Below are positions 49,765 to 62,269 of a DNA stretch of 64,000 nucleotides, piece by piece. The DNA lies in assembly GCA_950097015.1 (NCBI GenBank), contig CATNEN010000011.1, forward strand, positions 3,596,001 through 3,660,000, read 5' to 3'. The translations under genes and the position numbers were made by a program. The stretch is from Macrostomum hystrix (Eukaryota > Animalia > Platyhelminthes). A model generated the notes under the pieces. The model saw only the letters and a program-made list of their open reading frames with translations, did not search any database and was not told the DNA's origin. Position 1 is the stretch's first letter. Each line of letters begins with the position of its first letter.

Positions 49765-51135
49765 GAGATGCAGAGATGAGAGTACATTTGGGGCAGAGGG
49801 TTGAGTGGGGGCAGGTTAGAGTGCAGAGATGAGTGTACATTTGGGGCAGAGGGTTGAGTGGGGGCAGGTTAGAGTGCAGAGATGAGAGTACATTTGGGGC
49901 AGAGGGTTGAGTGGGGGCAGGTTAGAGTGCAGAGATGAGTGTACATTTGGGGCAGAGGGTTGAGTGGGGGCAGGTCAGAGTGCAGAGATGAGAGTACATT
50001 TGGGGCAGAGGGTTGAGTGGGGGCTGGTCAGAGTGCAGAGATGAGAGTACATTTGGGGCAGAGGGTTGAGTGGGGGCAGGTCAGAGTGCAGAGATGAGAG
50101 TACATTTGGGGCAGAGGGTTGAGTGGGGGCTGGTCAGAGTGCAAAGATGAGAGTACATTTGGGGCAGAGGGTTGAGAGGGGGCTGGTCAGAGTGCAGAGA
50201 TGAGAGTACATTTGGGGCAGAGGGTTGAGTGGGGGCAGGTCAGAGTGCAGAGATGGGTGTACATTTGGGGCAGAGGGTTAAGTGGGGGCAGGTCAGAGTG
50301 CAGAGATGAGAGTACATTTGGGGCAGAGGGTTGAGTGGGGGCTGGTCAGAGTGCAGAGATGAGAGTACATTTGGGGCAGAGGGTTGAGTGGGGGCTGGTC
50401 AGAGTGCAAAGATGAGAGTACATTTGGGGCAGAGGGTTGAGAGGGGGCTGGTCAGAGTGCAGAGATGGGTGTACATTTGGGGCAGAGGGTTAAGTGGGGG
50501 CAGGTCAGAGTGCAGAGATGAGAGTACATTTGGGGCAGAGGGTTGAGTGGGGGCTGGTCAGAGTGCAGAGATGAGAGTACATTTGGGGCAGAGGGTTGAG
50601 TGGGGGCTGGTCAGAGTGCAGAGATGAGAGTACATTAGGGGCAGAGGGTTGAGAGGGGGCAGGTCAGAGTGCAGAGATGGGTGTACATTTGGGGCAGAGG
50701 GTTAAGTGGGGGCAGGTCAGAGTGCAGAGATGAGAGTACATTTGGGGCAGAGGGTTGAGTGGGGGCTGGTCAGAGTGCAGAGATGGGTGTACATTTGGGG
50801 CAGAGGGTTGAGTGGGGGCTGGTCAGAGTGCAGAGATGGGTGTCCATTTGGGGCAGAGGGTTGAGTGGGGGCTGGTCAGAGTGCAGAGATGGGTGTACAT
50901 TTGGGGCAGAGGGTTGAGTGGGGGCTGGTCAGAGTGCAGAGATGGGTGTACATTTGGGGCAGAGGGTTGAGTGGGGGCTGGTCAGAGTGCAGAGATAAGT
51001 GTACATTTGGGGCAGAGGGTTGAGTGGGGGCTGGTCAGAGTGCAGAGATGAGTGTACATTTGGGGCAGAGGGTTAAGTGGGGGCAGGTCAGAGTGCAGAG
51101 ATGGGTGTACATTTGGGGCAGAGGGTTGAGTGGGG
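49765..51135. repeat. 53-bp G-rich minisatellite, about 26 copies
   Basis: GAGTGCAGAGATGAGAGTACATTTGGGGCAGAGGGTTGAGTGGGGGCTGGTCA repeated with period 53. Confidence 0.97.
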
Positions 51136-52184
51136 GCTGTTCCGAATGGGGAGAAGAGTGTACATTGTGGCAGAGATTTTATTTTGTTTGTGAAAACCGA
51201 TTCAAAGAACACGTTGCGCTAATAAGAACTAGCGTAATAGCGAAGCGTCTATAAATAGCAAATCGCTTTTACAAACGAAACGCATAGTGCTCGTATAAAC
51301 AGCATGAACAATTAAGTTCAGTGACGTAAAATCCGATTACCATGACGACGCAGAACACACGCATGCTGATGCTATGGCAGTCAGAATTTCGAAATAAAAA
51401 ACGATCAGCACGCACGCAAAACTAATTAAAAACAATTAAAATAATTCAATAATTGAAAGAGCTTCAATTAGTTATAAAACGCATGCAAACGAACAAATAC
51501 GACAGTAAATAATTAGCAGCACAAATCCGATAAAATTTGTTATAAATAAATTCGGAAAAATCTGGAAGCGAGCTTGCTTTTTTAAATTTGTTAAAATTTT
51601 TAAACCGCCATTCTCACTACACTACTGGAAGTAGAAAAGTGAGTAAATTAGCTAAATAAGAACCGGTTAAGTAGACGATAACACAAAGCAATATATAAAG
51701 ATGCAACAAAATTTAAGCCGCAAAAGAAAGCTTGAACAAAGTAAAAGAGTAATAAAGTGATAATGTAATAACATTTTTGGGTCCTATTAGTGAATTTTTG
51801 ACGAGCCGATATGTAATCATAAAATTTTAGCTATTTTAGACAACAAAAACACGACTATCGTCATAATTTAGTTAGAATACCAAAAAATGTAAATCACACC
51901 GAGATGAAAATGAAGACAAACTGAAAAGTAAAGACTATAATTAAAAACTAAACCAACCAAAGGAATGAAATTGTGAAAATGAGTTCAAAAATGATTTTTT
52001 TAAAAACAAAATAATTATTAGGGCGCCAATAATTGGAAACGGATAATAAAAAAAGAGCGATCGAAATATTATTGCCTAGTTGCACACTGGTTTAATTTGA
52101 AATAATGGTAACATCAATAGGTAAGATGTTTGGATATGCTTTTATTAGATAAGCTGTGGGTTTAGCACAAAGTGGTTAGGACAG

Positions 52185-52340
52185 CGGAGTGGGGTGGATG
52201 TAGCGGAGTGGAGTGGGTGTAGCGGAGTGGGGTGGTTGTAGCGGAGTGGGGTGGGTGTAGCGGAGTGGGGTGGATGTAGCGGAGTAGGATGTAGCGGAGT
52301 GAGGTGGTTGTAGCGGAGTGGGGTGTAGCGGAGTGAGGTG
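52185..52340. repeat. ~19-bp G-rich minisatellite (GTAGCGGAGTGGGGTGGAT)n
   Basis: Direct tandem repeat. Confidence 0.9.
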
Positions 52341-52549
52341 GATATCGATGGGTTACACAGTGTGTGCATAGCGACAGTTACATTACGTTTTTATATTATC
52401 GTTTAAAAGTGATCAATACTAAGACTGGCTAGATTAGGCCTTATAATAGTTCATTACTGTAAATTAATGATGCGCAAGATAAGTAAAGTATATTAACTAT
52501 ACACTGTATATTGATAAAAATACTCCCATCTAAAGATGCTGAAAAATCT

Positions 52550-53322
52550 TCACTTTGCTGTCTTTGGCTTAGGTCCAACCTTAGGCGGCGCAGCTTTCAC
52601 TGCTCGCAGAGTGTCGGCGTGGCCTTCCAACGCGAACTGATCGGCTGCTGTTGTCAATGTCGAAGCTCCGGTAGCGGGGCTGGACTCTGGCAGGTCAGAG
52701 ACAAGATCCGGAGCTCGCTTGGCAGCCGGCAGGTGCATCTTGGAGTTTAAAAGCTCCTGTGGATTGGCGTACGGCGACTCATTATCATAGCTCAACGATT
52801 CCAGACCGTCGATTACTTCCTGCAGAGCCTGGTCGATGCTCTCCATGGAGGCTTCGGCGACTGCTGATTTTCCGGCGCCAAGCTTCACAGAAAGTTGGGC
52901 GACAGTTCGCGCAGCTGATTGGTCAGAAACATCCCGATCTTTGCCGATCTTTGCCGACGCATTTTGATCAGCTTTATCGGCAGCGGCAGCTTCAGAGTCA
53001 GACGTTTCCTCAGCGGCTTCCGATTGTTCTTCCAGCAATTCGTCAATTGACGGACCGACTAAGCCACCGCTGCCACTGCCGCCGCCTCCGCTAGAAGCAG
53101 CTGAAATAGAGTCGGCATCGGGACCGCCATCGGAGGGCAGTAGGCGGGTCACATAGGCGTCTGGCACGAAGCCCTCCTTGCCGGAAGAATTTGCACCTAG
53201 CAACCACTCCGAGGTTAAACGGTTGAGCACAGTGAGAACGTCGCCCCTTGAGAAGCTCAACTCGCGAGGCGTGCGGGCTTGGAAAGTGTACTTGGCTGTC
53301 ACCATGTAGCTGCATTCGGTCT
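52550..53322 (-). CDS. SRGAP: srGAP-like protein, last exon (SH3 domain and C-terminal tail)
   Basis: VTAKYTFQARTPRELSFSRGDVLTV...SEWLLG...GKEGFVPDAYV is an SH3 domain. Model: complement join(>64000-63961,62176-61866,58416-58038,56925-56656,55917-55634,53322-52550), all phases consistent. Confidence 0.9.
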
Positions 53323-53384
53323 CTGAGGTGGTGAATGAGTGATTTAAATAGTACAAACTGCTCAAACTGAGGATTTAATATTAA

Positions 53385-55570
53385 ATCACTGCTTTAACTT
53401 AGGATTCGATAACGAATCACTGCTCCAAAACTTAGGATTCGATAACGAATCACTGCTCCAAAACATAGGATTCGATAATGAATCACTACTCAAAACTTAG
53501 GATTCGATAACGAATCACTGCTTTAACTTAGGATTCGATAACGAATCACTGCTTTAACTTAGGATTCGATAACGAATCACTGCTTTAACTTAGGATTCGA
53601 TAACGAATCACTGCTCCAAAACTTAGGATTCGATAACTAATCACTGCTCCAAACTTAGGATTTGAAAAGAAATCACTGCTCAAAACTTAGGATTTGAAAA
53701 GAAATCACTGCTCAAAACTTAGGATTTGAAAAGAAATCACTGCTCAAAACTTAGGATTTGAAAAGAAATCACTGCTTAAAACTTAGGATTTGAAAAGTAA
53801 TTGCTGCTCAAACTGAAAATTCCATAATAAATAATTGCTCAAACTGAGGATCAAATTATAAATCACTGCTCAAACTGAGGATCAAATTATAAATCACTGC
53901 TCAAACTGAGGATCTAACGATAAATCACTGCTCAAACTGAGGATCTAACGATAAATCACTGCTCAAACTGAGGATCTAATTATAAATCACTGCTCAAACT
54001 GAGGATCTAACTATAAATCACTGCTCAAACTGAGGATCTAATTATAAATCACTGCTCAAACTGAGGATCTAATTATAAATCACTGCTCAAACTGAGGATC
54101 TAATTATAAATCACTGCTCAAACTGAGGATCAAATTATAAATCACTGCTCAAACTGAGGATCTAACGATAAATCACTGCTCAAACTGAGGATCTAACGAT
54201 AAATCACTGCTCAAACTGAGGATCTAATTATAAATCACTGCTCAAACTGAGGATCTAACGATAAATCACAGCTCAAACTGAGGATCTAACGATAAATCAC
54301 TGCTCAAACTGAGGATCTAATTATAAATCACTGCTCAAACTGAGGATCTAACTATAAATCACTGCTCAAACTGAGGATCTAATTATAAATCACTGCTCAA
54401 ACTGAGGATCTAATTATAAATCACTGCTCAAACTGAGGATCTAATTATAAATCACTGCTCAAACTGAGGATCAAATTATAAATCACTGCTCAAACTGAGG
54501 ATCTAATTATAAATCACAGCTCAAACTGAGGATCTAACGATAAATCACTGCTCAAACTGAGGATCTAATTATAAATCACTGCTCAAACTGAGGATCTAAC
54601 GATAAATCACTGCTCAAACTGAGGATCTAATTATAAATCACTGCTCAAACTGAGGATCTAATTATAAATCACTGCTCAAACTGAGGATCAAATTATAAAT
54701 CACTGCTCAAACTGAGGATCTAATTATAAATCACTGCTCAAACTGAGGATCAAATTATAAATCACTGCTCAAACTGAGGATCTAATTATAAATCACTGCT
54801 CAAACTGAGGATCTAATTATAAATCACGGCTCAAACTGAGGATCTAATTATAGATCACTGCTCAAACTGAGGATCTAATTATAAATCACAGCTGAAACTG
54901 AGGATCTAACGATAAATCACTGCTCAAACTGAGGATCTAATTATAAATCACTGCTCAAACTGAGGATCTAATTATAAATCACTGCTCAAACTGAGGATCA
55001 AATTATAAATCACTGCTCAAACTGAGGATCTAATTATAAATCACAGCTCAAACTGAGGATCTAACGATAAATCACTGCTCAAACTGAGGATCTAATTATA
55101 AATCACTGCTCAAACTGAGGATCTAACGATAAATCACTGCTCAAACTGAGGATCTAATTATAAATCACTGCTCAAACTGAGGATCTAATTATAAATCACT
55201 GCTCAAACTGAGGATCTAATTTTAAATCACTGCTCAAACTGAGGATCTAATTATAAATCACTGCTCAAACTGAGGATCAAATTATAAATCACTGCTCAAA
55301 CTGAGGATCTAATTATAAATCACTGCTCAAACTGAGGATCTAATTATAAATCACGGCTCAAACTGAGGATCTAATTATAGATCACTGCTCAAACTGAGGA
55401 TCTAATTATAAATCACAGCTGAAACTGAGGATCTAACGATAAATCACTGCTCAAACTGAGGATCTAATTATAAATCACGGCTCAAACTGAGGATCTAATT
55501 ATAAATCACTGCTCAAACTGAGGATTCGATAATAAATCACTGCTCAAACTGAGGATTCGGTAATAAATCA
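53385..55570. repeat. 31-bp minisatellite (AAATCACTGCTCAAACTGAGGATCTAATTAT)n in an srGAP intron
   Basis: Direct tandem repeat of about 70 units with zoned variants. Confidence 0.97.
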
Positions 55571-55633
55571 CTTGTCATTGCCTACTGCTCATTGCCTACT
55601 AATTTGCCTACCAATAAAACAAATAACACTTAC

Positions 55634-55917
55634 CAATCTCGGATGTCATAGACTGGTCTTCCTCGTCTTCATTTTCGAAGTCGTCTTCCAGCATTTTGCG
55701 ATAGACTGGTCCGGCAACATCCTTCCTGGTGAATATCTCCGCTTCGTTCTCAATGATGACTTTCATCAGGTAGGATACGGAGCTTTGAAACACGACAGGA
55801 TCGCGCCCCAGAGGTACGGGCATAAATGACGGCGCAAGACAGATTGACAGATTGTAAGAGTCCATGAGATTCTCGTCGGAAAATGAGGACAGGTGATTCA
55901 GAAAGGCGAACAGAAAC
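55634..55917 (-). CDS. SRGAP: srGAP-like protein exon (RhoGAP C-terminal half)
   Basis: FLFAFLNHLSSFSDENLMDSYNLSICLAPSFMPVP matches srGAP YLFAFLNHLSQFSEENMMDPYNLAICFGPSLMSVP. Confidence 0.93.
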
Positions 55918-55994
55918 CTACAAGGTGTATTTCAATTATGTTTTTCTTATGGACTAAACTATGGAAAAACATGGTAGACAAAATTGTAATAGAC

Positions 55995-56610
55995 AGATAA
56001 GATTGGTCATTGATAGATGTGATCGGTCATTGGGTAGAAAAGAATGGTCATTGATAGATGTGATCGGTCATTGGGTAGAAAAGAATGGTCATTGATAGAT
56101 GTGATCGGTCATTGGGTAGAAAAGAATGGTCATTGATAGATGTGATCGGTCATTGGGTAGAAAAGAATGGTCATTGATAGATGTGAACGGTCATTGGGTA
56201 GATAATAATGGTCATTAGGAGATAGGATCAGTCATTGGGTAGATAATATTGGTCATTGGGTAATTAAGAATGGTCATTGGTAGATGTGATCGGTCATTTG
56301 GTAGATAAGATTGGTCATTGGGAAGATAAGATTGGTCATTGGGAAGATAAGATTGGTCATTGGGAAGATAAGATTGGTCATTTGTAGATATGACCAGTCA
56401 TTGGGTAGATAAGAACGGTCATTGGGTAATTAAGAATGGTCATTAATAGATGTGAACGGTCATTGGGTAGATAATAATGGTCATTCGGAGATAGGATCAG
56501 TCATTGGGTAGATAATGTTGGTCATTGGGTAATTAAGAATGGTCATTGGTAGATGTGATCGGTCATTTGGTAGATAAGATTGGTCATTTGGTAGATAAGA
56601 TTGGTCATTG
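55995..56610. repeat. 20/21-bp minisatellite (GGTCATTGGGTAGATAAGAAT-type, partly as a 41-bp dimer)
   Basis: Direct tandem repeat filling an srGAP intron. Confidence 0.92.
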
Positions 56611-56655
56611 TCTATACACATGTACTTTTTGAGTGCCTTATCATTCTATACTCAC

Positions 56656-56925
56656 CTGAGCACTCGATAGACATTGGGACTGAGCTGATAAAAGATTTCT
56701 CTCAGCCTAAAAACAGTCTCAGCGACGGTGTCCTTCTTGGCGCAGTCCAGCATTTCGTCGAACAGTCGGGCCGGCAGAAGGGGCTCTTCCAGGTCGCGCA
56801 GATAGGATTTGAGCACTCCAGCGGCCGCGTTGACATCTCGACCGTCTGTAGCGGCAGCGAATGGATCCTCGCCGCGTTCAAAAGCCTCTTTGAGTCGGTT
56901 GACATCGGTCTGCGATCCCGGGATT
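56656..56925 (-). CDS. SRGAP: srGAP-like protein exon (RhoGAP core)
   Basis: R|IPGSQTDVNRLKEAFERGEDP...DVNAAAGVLKSYLRDLEEPLLP; the arginine-finger GVFR motif spans the junction. Confidence 0.93.
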
Positions 56926-56999
56926 CTGAAGGATTTTAGTGATGCAAATGATTAAAAAATCGGTTTTCTGAAAAACTATGAGAGATTTACAATTATACT

Positions 57000-57545
57000 C
57001 GAGGGATTCCCAATATAACCACGAGGGATTCCCAATATAACCACGAGGATTCCCAATATAACCACGAGGATTCCCAATATAACCACGAGGATTCCCAATA
57101 TAACCACGAGGGATTCCCAATATAACCACGAGGATTCCCAATATAACCACGAGGGATTCCCAATATAACCACGAGGGATTCCCAATATAACCACGAGGGA
57201 TTCCCAATATAACCACGAGGATTCCCAATATAACCACGAGGGATTCCCAATATAACCACGAGGATTCCCAATATAACCACGAGGGATTCGCAATATAACC
57301 ACAAGGATTCCCAATATAACCACGAGGGATTCCCAATATAACACGAGGATTCCCAATATAACCACGAGGGATTCCCAATATAACCACGAGGATTCCCAAT
57401 ATAACCACGAGGGATTCCCAATATAACCACGAGGATTCCCAATATAACCACGAGGGATTCCCAATATAACCACGAGGATTCTCAATATAACCACGAGGAT
57501 TCCCAATATAACCACGAGGGACTCCCAATATAACCACGAGGGATT
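57000..57545. repeat. 21-23-bp minisatellite (GAGGGATTCCCAATATAACCAC)n, degenerate to ~58000
   Basis: Direct tandem repeat; source of the GIPRGYIGNP ORFs. Confidence 0.95.
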
Positions 57546-58037
57546 TCTAAAAAATGAGGGATTTTTAAAAGAGTTATGATGGCTTCAAAAACAAGCATGA
57601 TTTCGAAAATAACAACGATGGATTTTCGATAAACCATTACGGATATCAAATAAAACCTACTAGAGATTTTCAATATAGTTTTGAGAGATTTTCAAAATAG
57701 CTATGGGGGATTTTAAAAACAATTGAGGATTAAAAAAAAACTACGAGGGATTTCCAATAAGCTATTAGAGATTTCCAATATAACTTTGAGGGATTTCCAA
57801 TATAGCGATGAGAGATTTCCAAAAAGCATTAGGGATTTCTGAAAACCAACGAAGGATTTTCAAAATGACTAATAGGACTTTCAATATAACTACGAGGGAT
57901 TTCCAATAATCAACGAGGGATTTCTAATAATCAATGAGGGATTTCCAATAATCAATGAGGGATTTCCAATAATCAACGAGGGATTTCCACTAAAACACAA
58001 AGACTTTACAAGAGGCCATTAAATACCTAGATCATAC

Positions 58038-58416
58038 CTGAACACTCCCTGATGGTAGAGTCCGTACTGATTAATCAGTTTAACGCAGGACAGCACAACA
58101 GCCGGAAATTCTTGCAATTCGTCAACCGAGCCGCCGAACAATTTTGGCCTACCGCCGCCAATCAGCTGAGCGTTGACCTTGATGATTGACTTCTTCCTGG
58201 GCTTCACTGGCAGCGGCGGCGGCGCCATGCCGTTCTCGCGGCCGAGGGCGCGGGAGATGGCTGCCGCCCTGGCACGCAGTCTTGTCAGGTTGCAGTTCTT
58301 GCGCATGTATTCGCCGAATTTACCCAGGTAGAAATCGCCATTCTCCCAGGCTCGCTTCTTATCTGTGTCAGCGTTGGCCTGCTCAGGCTCCTGATTTGAA
58401 TCGGCGCCAAAATCAC
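58038..58416 (-). CDS. SRGAP: srGAP-like protein exon (F-BAR extension to RhoGAP start)
   Basis: FYLGKFGEYMRKNCNLTRLRARAAAISRALG...KLFGGSVDEL...PAVVLSCVKLINQYGLYHQGVFR. Confidence 0.92.
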
Positions 58417-58439
58417 CTTGGAGAAGTGCGAATAGCGAA

Positions 58440-59420
58440 TAGGGGGTTTATTTACGTTAAGAAACCTACGAAGACTTTCGATTATGGTTTATTTCTGTTT
58501 ATAAACGTACTCAAAATTGAATTGGGATTTAATAATTTTTAAAAACCTATTCAAAGTTTAATTGGGCTTATTGGTATTTAGAAACCAATTGAAAGTTAAA
58601 TTTGGGTTTATTTATGTTTAAAAACCTATTTAAACTATAATTTGGGTTTATTTATGTTTAGTAACATATTCAAAGTTAAATTTGGGTTTATTTATGTTTG
58701 GAAACCTACCAAAATTGTAATTGGGTTTAATGATGTTTAGAAACCAATTGAAAGTTTAATTTAGGTTTATTTATTTTTAGAAACCTACTCAAAGTTTAAT
58801 TGGGCTTATTGGTGTTTAGAGACCAATTCAAAGTTAAATTTGGGTTTATTTATGTTTGGAAACCTACCAAAATTTTAATTGGGTTTAATGATGTTTAGAA
58901 ACCAATTGAAAGTTTAATTGGGTTTATTTATGTTTAGAAATCAATAGAAAGTTAAATTTGGGTTTATTTATGTTTAGAAACCTACCTAAATTTTAATTGG
59001 GTTTAATTCTGTTTAGAAACCAATTGAAAGTTTAATTTAGGTTTATTTATTTTTAGAAACCTACTCAAAGTTTAATTGGGCTTATTGGTGTTTAGAAACC
59101 AATTGAAAGTTAAATTTGGGTTTATTTATGTTAAGTAACATATTCAAAGTTAAATTTAGGTTTATTTATGTTTGGAAACCTACCTAAATTTTAATTGGGT
59201 TTAATGATGTTTAGAAACCAATTGAAAGTTTAATTGGGTTTATTTATGTTTAGAAACCAATAGAAAGTTAAATTGGGGTTTATTTGTGTTTTGAAACCTA
59301 CCTAAATTTTAATTGGGTTTAATTCTGTTTAGAAACCTACTCAATGTTTCATTGTGGTCTACTTATGTTAAGAAAACTACTCATGACTTAAATGGGGTTT
59401 GTGCTTAGTAACCGACTGAA
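58440..59420. repeat. ~40-bp AT-rich degenerate minisatellite
   Basis: TTTATTTATGTTTAGAAACCAATTGAAAGTTAAATTTGGG-type units. Confidence 0.88.
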
Positions 59421-60296
59421 AGTTTGATTAGGGTTTAGAAAACTTTAAAGTAATTATTTAATGCCCATTTATGTAATTCTAAGGGAACTCCAAAGAATGT
59501 TCAAGAAAATCGTAGAAATATTTATGGGTCTACGTAACATCAATTAAAAATGTAGCTTTCATAAACATAAATATGGTGTTGTTGCTGGCAGACAGCCATG
59601 CATTTTTTACATTGGTCACTCTTAGTTATTTTAACCTACTATTTATTAGCTATTACTAATTATTACTAACTATACTTATAGTACATATCATTAGTAAATA
59701 AGTAGTCAAAAAGTGCAGGAACTATATATTTAATTATTGTTCTCATTTTATTGCTGTATTTCTTATTACTTTAGTTTTGTGTTGTTTGTTTTGCTTGACG
59801 TCTCGTATGTCTATGGTAAAATCTTTCATTTACCTAAAGAGCTGCGAATATACCTAATTTACCTAAGAATGCTTGTTGGACTTTAATAGCTGCAGAAAAA
59901 GAAACGGAATGCATAACATTTTGCTTTGCTACCTTTGCTTTTACAACTGCTTACTTTATTATTAATATACTAAATCTGTAATCTATATATGTAATCAAAT
60001 ATACTAAATTAAAGTGAAGTACAAATAGCAGTGCGCAGTGCACATAGTATCACACTTGTAAGTGGCCCCATTCCCCCATTCGTGTCTCTAAACTCGCATT
60101 CAACGCACCTTTCCTGCCATTTCAGTGCACCTCTGTTTGTTCCTATGCACCTTTTCACGCCGTACATGTGCACCTTAGGCATCTCTAATTCATCTTTCAT
60201 GCGCCAAAAAGGCCTCTTTCAGCACCTCCCGTGGACCTGCCGTGCCTCAATTGTGAACTCTTTATGCATTCCTTATGCCTTCGCAGGTGCATAACT

Positions 60297-60365
60297 TTTC
60301 AGTCCATGGACCCAACAGCTGTACGTAGCTTTACCAACACGGTAAAATTTTAAAGCTAGGTGAAC
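60297..60365 (-). mobile_element. Short degenerate SINE family A fragment
   Basis: TTCAGTCCATGGAC...CAGCTGTACGTAGC...GCTAGGTGAAC motifs. Confidence 0.4.
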
Positions 60366-60505
60366 AGACGCAATTAAGTCTCTAGATAAATGATAAAAAA
60401 ATTTCATTTGAGACGAGATTCGAGCTCTCAACCTCTCTAAGCCAGTAGCAGCAAAGTTGGCCTATAAGAGTTACAATAGTAAGAGATATGCATTTACATA
60501 ATCTA

Positions 60506-61813
60506 CGAGGGGTGTACTGAAAGTTTTGAGATGCACCAAAACCAAAAGTGTCTGAGTTAAATTCTCTGTCACAATTTTTCAAAGTAGTTGCCACCAGCTT
60601 GTGCACATTTCCTCATTCGGTGAAACCACTGCGTCCAGGCTCCAGCCCACTGTTCTTCAGGCACTGCTGAAACCACCCGCTCGAACTCGATTCTTGCTGC
60701 TTCAGGGCTCTCAAACCGAGTCCCGCGCAGTTGGTTCTTCACCAAAGGGAAGAGAAAGAAGTCGCAGGGTGCCAGGTCCGGCGAATATGCAGGATGCGTC
60801 ACCAGCTGGACTCCATTCTCGGTCAGAAATGCCAATGTTGCAGCAGCCGTGTGCGCACTGGCATTGTCGTGGTGCAGCAGCAGGCCACGAAGTCCGGTGC
60901 GCGGCCGGCGTCTGCGCCACGCATCAAACACCAGCGGCAGGCACTGGTTGATGTACCAGTCGGCATTGACTGTACGCCTGTCTTGGAGCGCTACAGTCGC
61001 CAGGTGGCCAGCCTGGCTGAAGAAAGTCGCCACCATCTGCTTCCCGACGCTGCGGGCCCGCTTGACCTTCGTTGGAGTGGCATCATCCGGAAGGAGCCAA
61101 ACTGCCGACTGCTGCTTGGTTTCCGGGTCGTACTGGTAGACCCAGGTCTCATCACCTGTGACAATCTCCCAGCATCGCTTCGAGGTGCCAGAGTCGAATT
61201 TTTCAAGCATGAATTCGCACCAACGCACCCTCTCCGCTTTCTGGTCCCCCGTCAGGTTGTGGGGCACCCATCGGGCACATCGCTTGGAGGCTCCCAGCTT
61301 GTCGTGTAGGATGGTCGTAACCGCTGCCGATCCAATGCCAAGAGCCTCCCTGATCTCGGCACAGGTCACTCGCCGGTCTTCGTCGATCATTCTCCGGACG
61401 GCAGCGATGTTTTCGTCCGTGACAGCGGAAACTGGACGTCCCGACCGAGGCTCGTCATCAAGGCTGCTCCGGCCCCACTTGCATTCACTGTACCACCGAA
61501 AAACGGTGGCACGTGAAGGGGCTTGGTCTCCAAAGGCAGCACGGAAACTTTCAACGCATTGCTCTTGCATGAGACCTTTACGCTGGTCGTAAACAATCAT
61601 GGCATGAAAGTCGCGGTTTGTCAACTCCATTGGAGCGAGTACAGTTTGGTAGGGGGTATTGACTTTGAAGAGTGATTGTGAAAAATTGACAAGAGCGCAA
61701 AGGCTGAAAATTTATACTCATTCATTTTTAAGGTGGTAGAGTATGTACATTAAAAGGCGTGCAGCTGCAACTTATAAGTCAGACGTATCTCAAAACTTTC
61801 AGTACGCCCCTCG
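60506..61813 (-). mobile_element. Full-length mariner transposon (DD34D), 27-bp TIRs, TA TSD
   Basis: TIR CGAGGGG(T/C)GTACTGAAAGTTTTGAGAT at both ends with one mismatch, TA at 60504-05 and 61814-15, 1308 bp, inside an srGAP intron. Confidence 0.97.
60569..61630 (-). CDS. Mariner transposase, intact 353 aa
   Basis: WVPHNL, TGDETW, HHDNA and YSPDLAPCD motifs; 34 residues between the second and third Asp. Confidence 0.97.
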   Translation of the reverse strand: MELTNRDFHAMIVYDQRKGLMQEQCVESFRAAFGDQAPSRATVFRWYSECKWGRSSLDDEPRSGRPVSAVTDENIAAVRRMIDEDRRVTCAEIREALGIGSAAVTTILHDKLGASKRCARWVPHNLTGDQKAERVRWCEFMLEKFDSGTSKRCWEIVTGDETWVYQYDPETKQQSAVWLLPDDATPTKVKRARSVGKQMVATFFSQAGHLATVALQDRRTVNADWYINQCLPLVFDAWRRRRPRTGLRGLLLHHDNASAHTAAATLAFLTENGVQLVTHPAYSPDLAPCDFFLFPLVKNQLRGTRFESPEAARIEFERVVSAVPEEQWAGAWTQWFHRMRKCAQAGGNYFEKL

Positions 61814-61865
61814 TAAAGATGGTTTCTGTAGGTAAAAAAAATAGAATTAATAAGTCGATAATTAC

Positions 61866-62176
61866 CAGAAGCTTCTGATTGAGATTCCTTCACGGCCCTA
61901 CTAAACATGGCGCCAACAAAATAGTCGGACACGTTGATTTCGCTTAGCCAAGACTGTTCGGCGGCTTCCAAAGTTTTCCACAATTCGTCAGATTCCAAGC
62001 TGGTGTCCTTGATCCGTTTCTGCAGGTTATTGTATCGATCCTCAAGATCTTTGAGCACATCCGGCTGATTGGCGCACACCTGACTCACCGGGTCGCCTTT
62101 GTGCGCTTCAAACCTGAACGGCTTGGGCTCAGTGAATGCCGTCTGGGAGGTGTGCAGAAAGTGCAGCTTGTCCTGT
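61866..62176 (-). CDS. SRGAP: srGAP-like protein exon (end of F-BAR)
   Basis: QDKLHFLHTSQTAFTEPKPFRFEAHKGDPVSQVCANQPDVLKDLEDRYNNLQKRI...DELWKTLEA resembles srGAP DKQRLME...FEFQPHMGD..SQLCAQQPV. Confidence 0.9.
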
Positions 62177-62269
62177 CTGGGGGGAGATCACGGTTTTATG
62201 GGATCAACTTTCTGTGGGGTAATGTACTTACTGGCTGGCGTGTGTTTGAATCTGTACTTGTCAACTCAG

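Noticed and set aside
60601-61592. + strand ORFs overlapping the mariner (60601..60951, 60731..61309, 61158..61592)
   Set aside because: Antisense shadows of a GC-rich transposase ORF with no independent motifs.
60506-61813. High GC of the mariner as evidence of horizontal transfer
   Set aside because: Host exons (srGAP, LHFPL) are similarly GC-rich, so composition is not informative.
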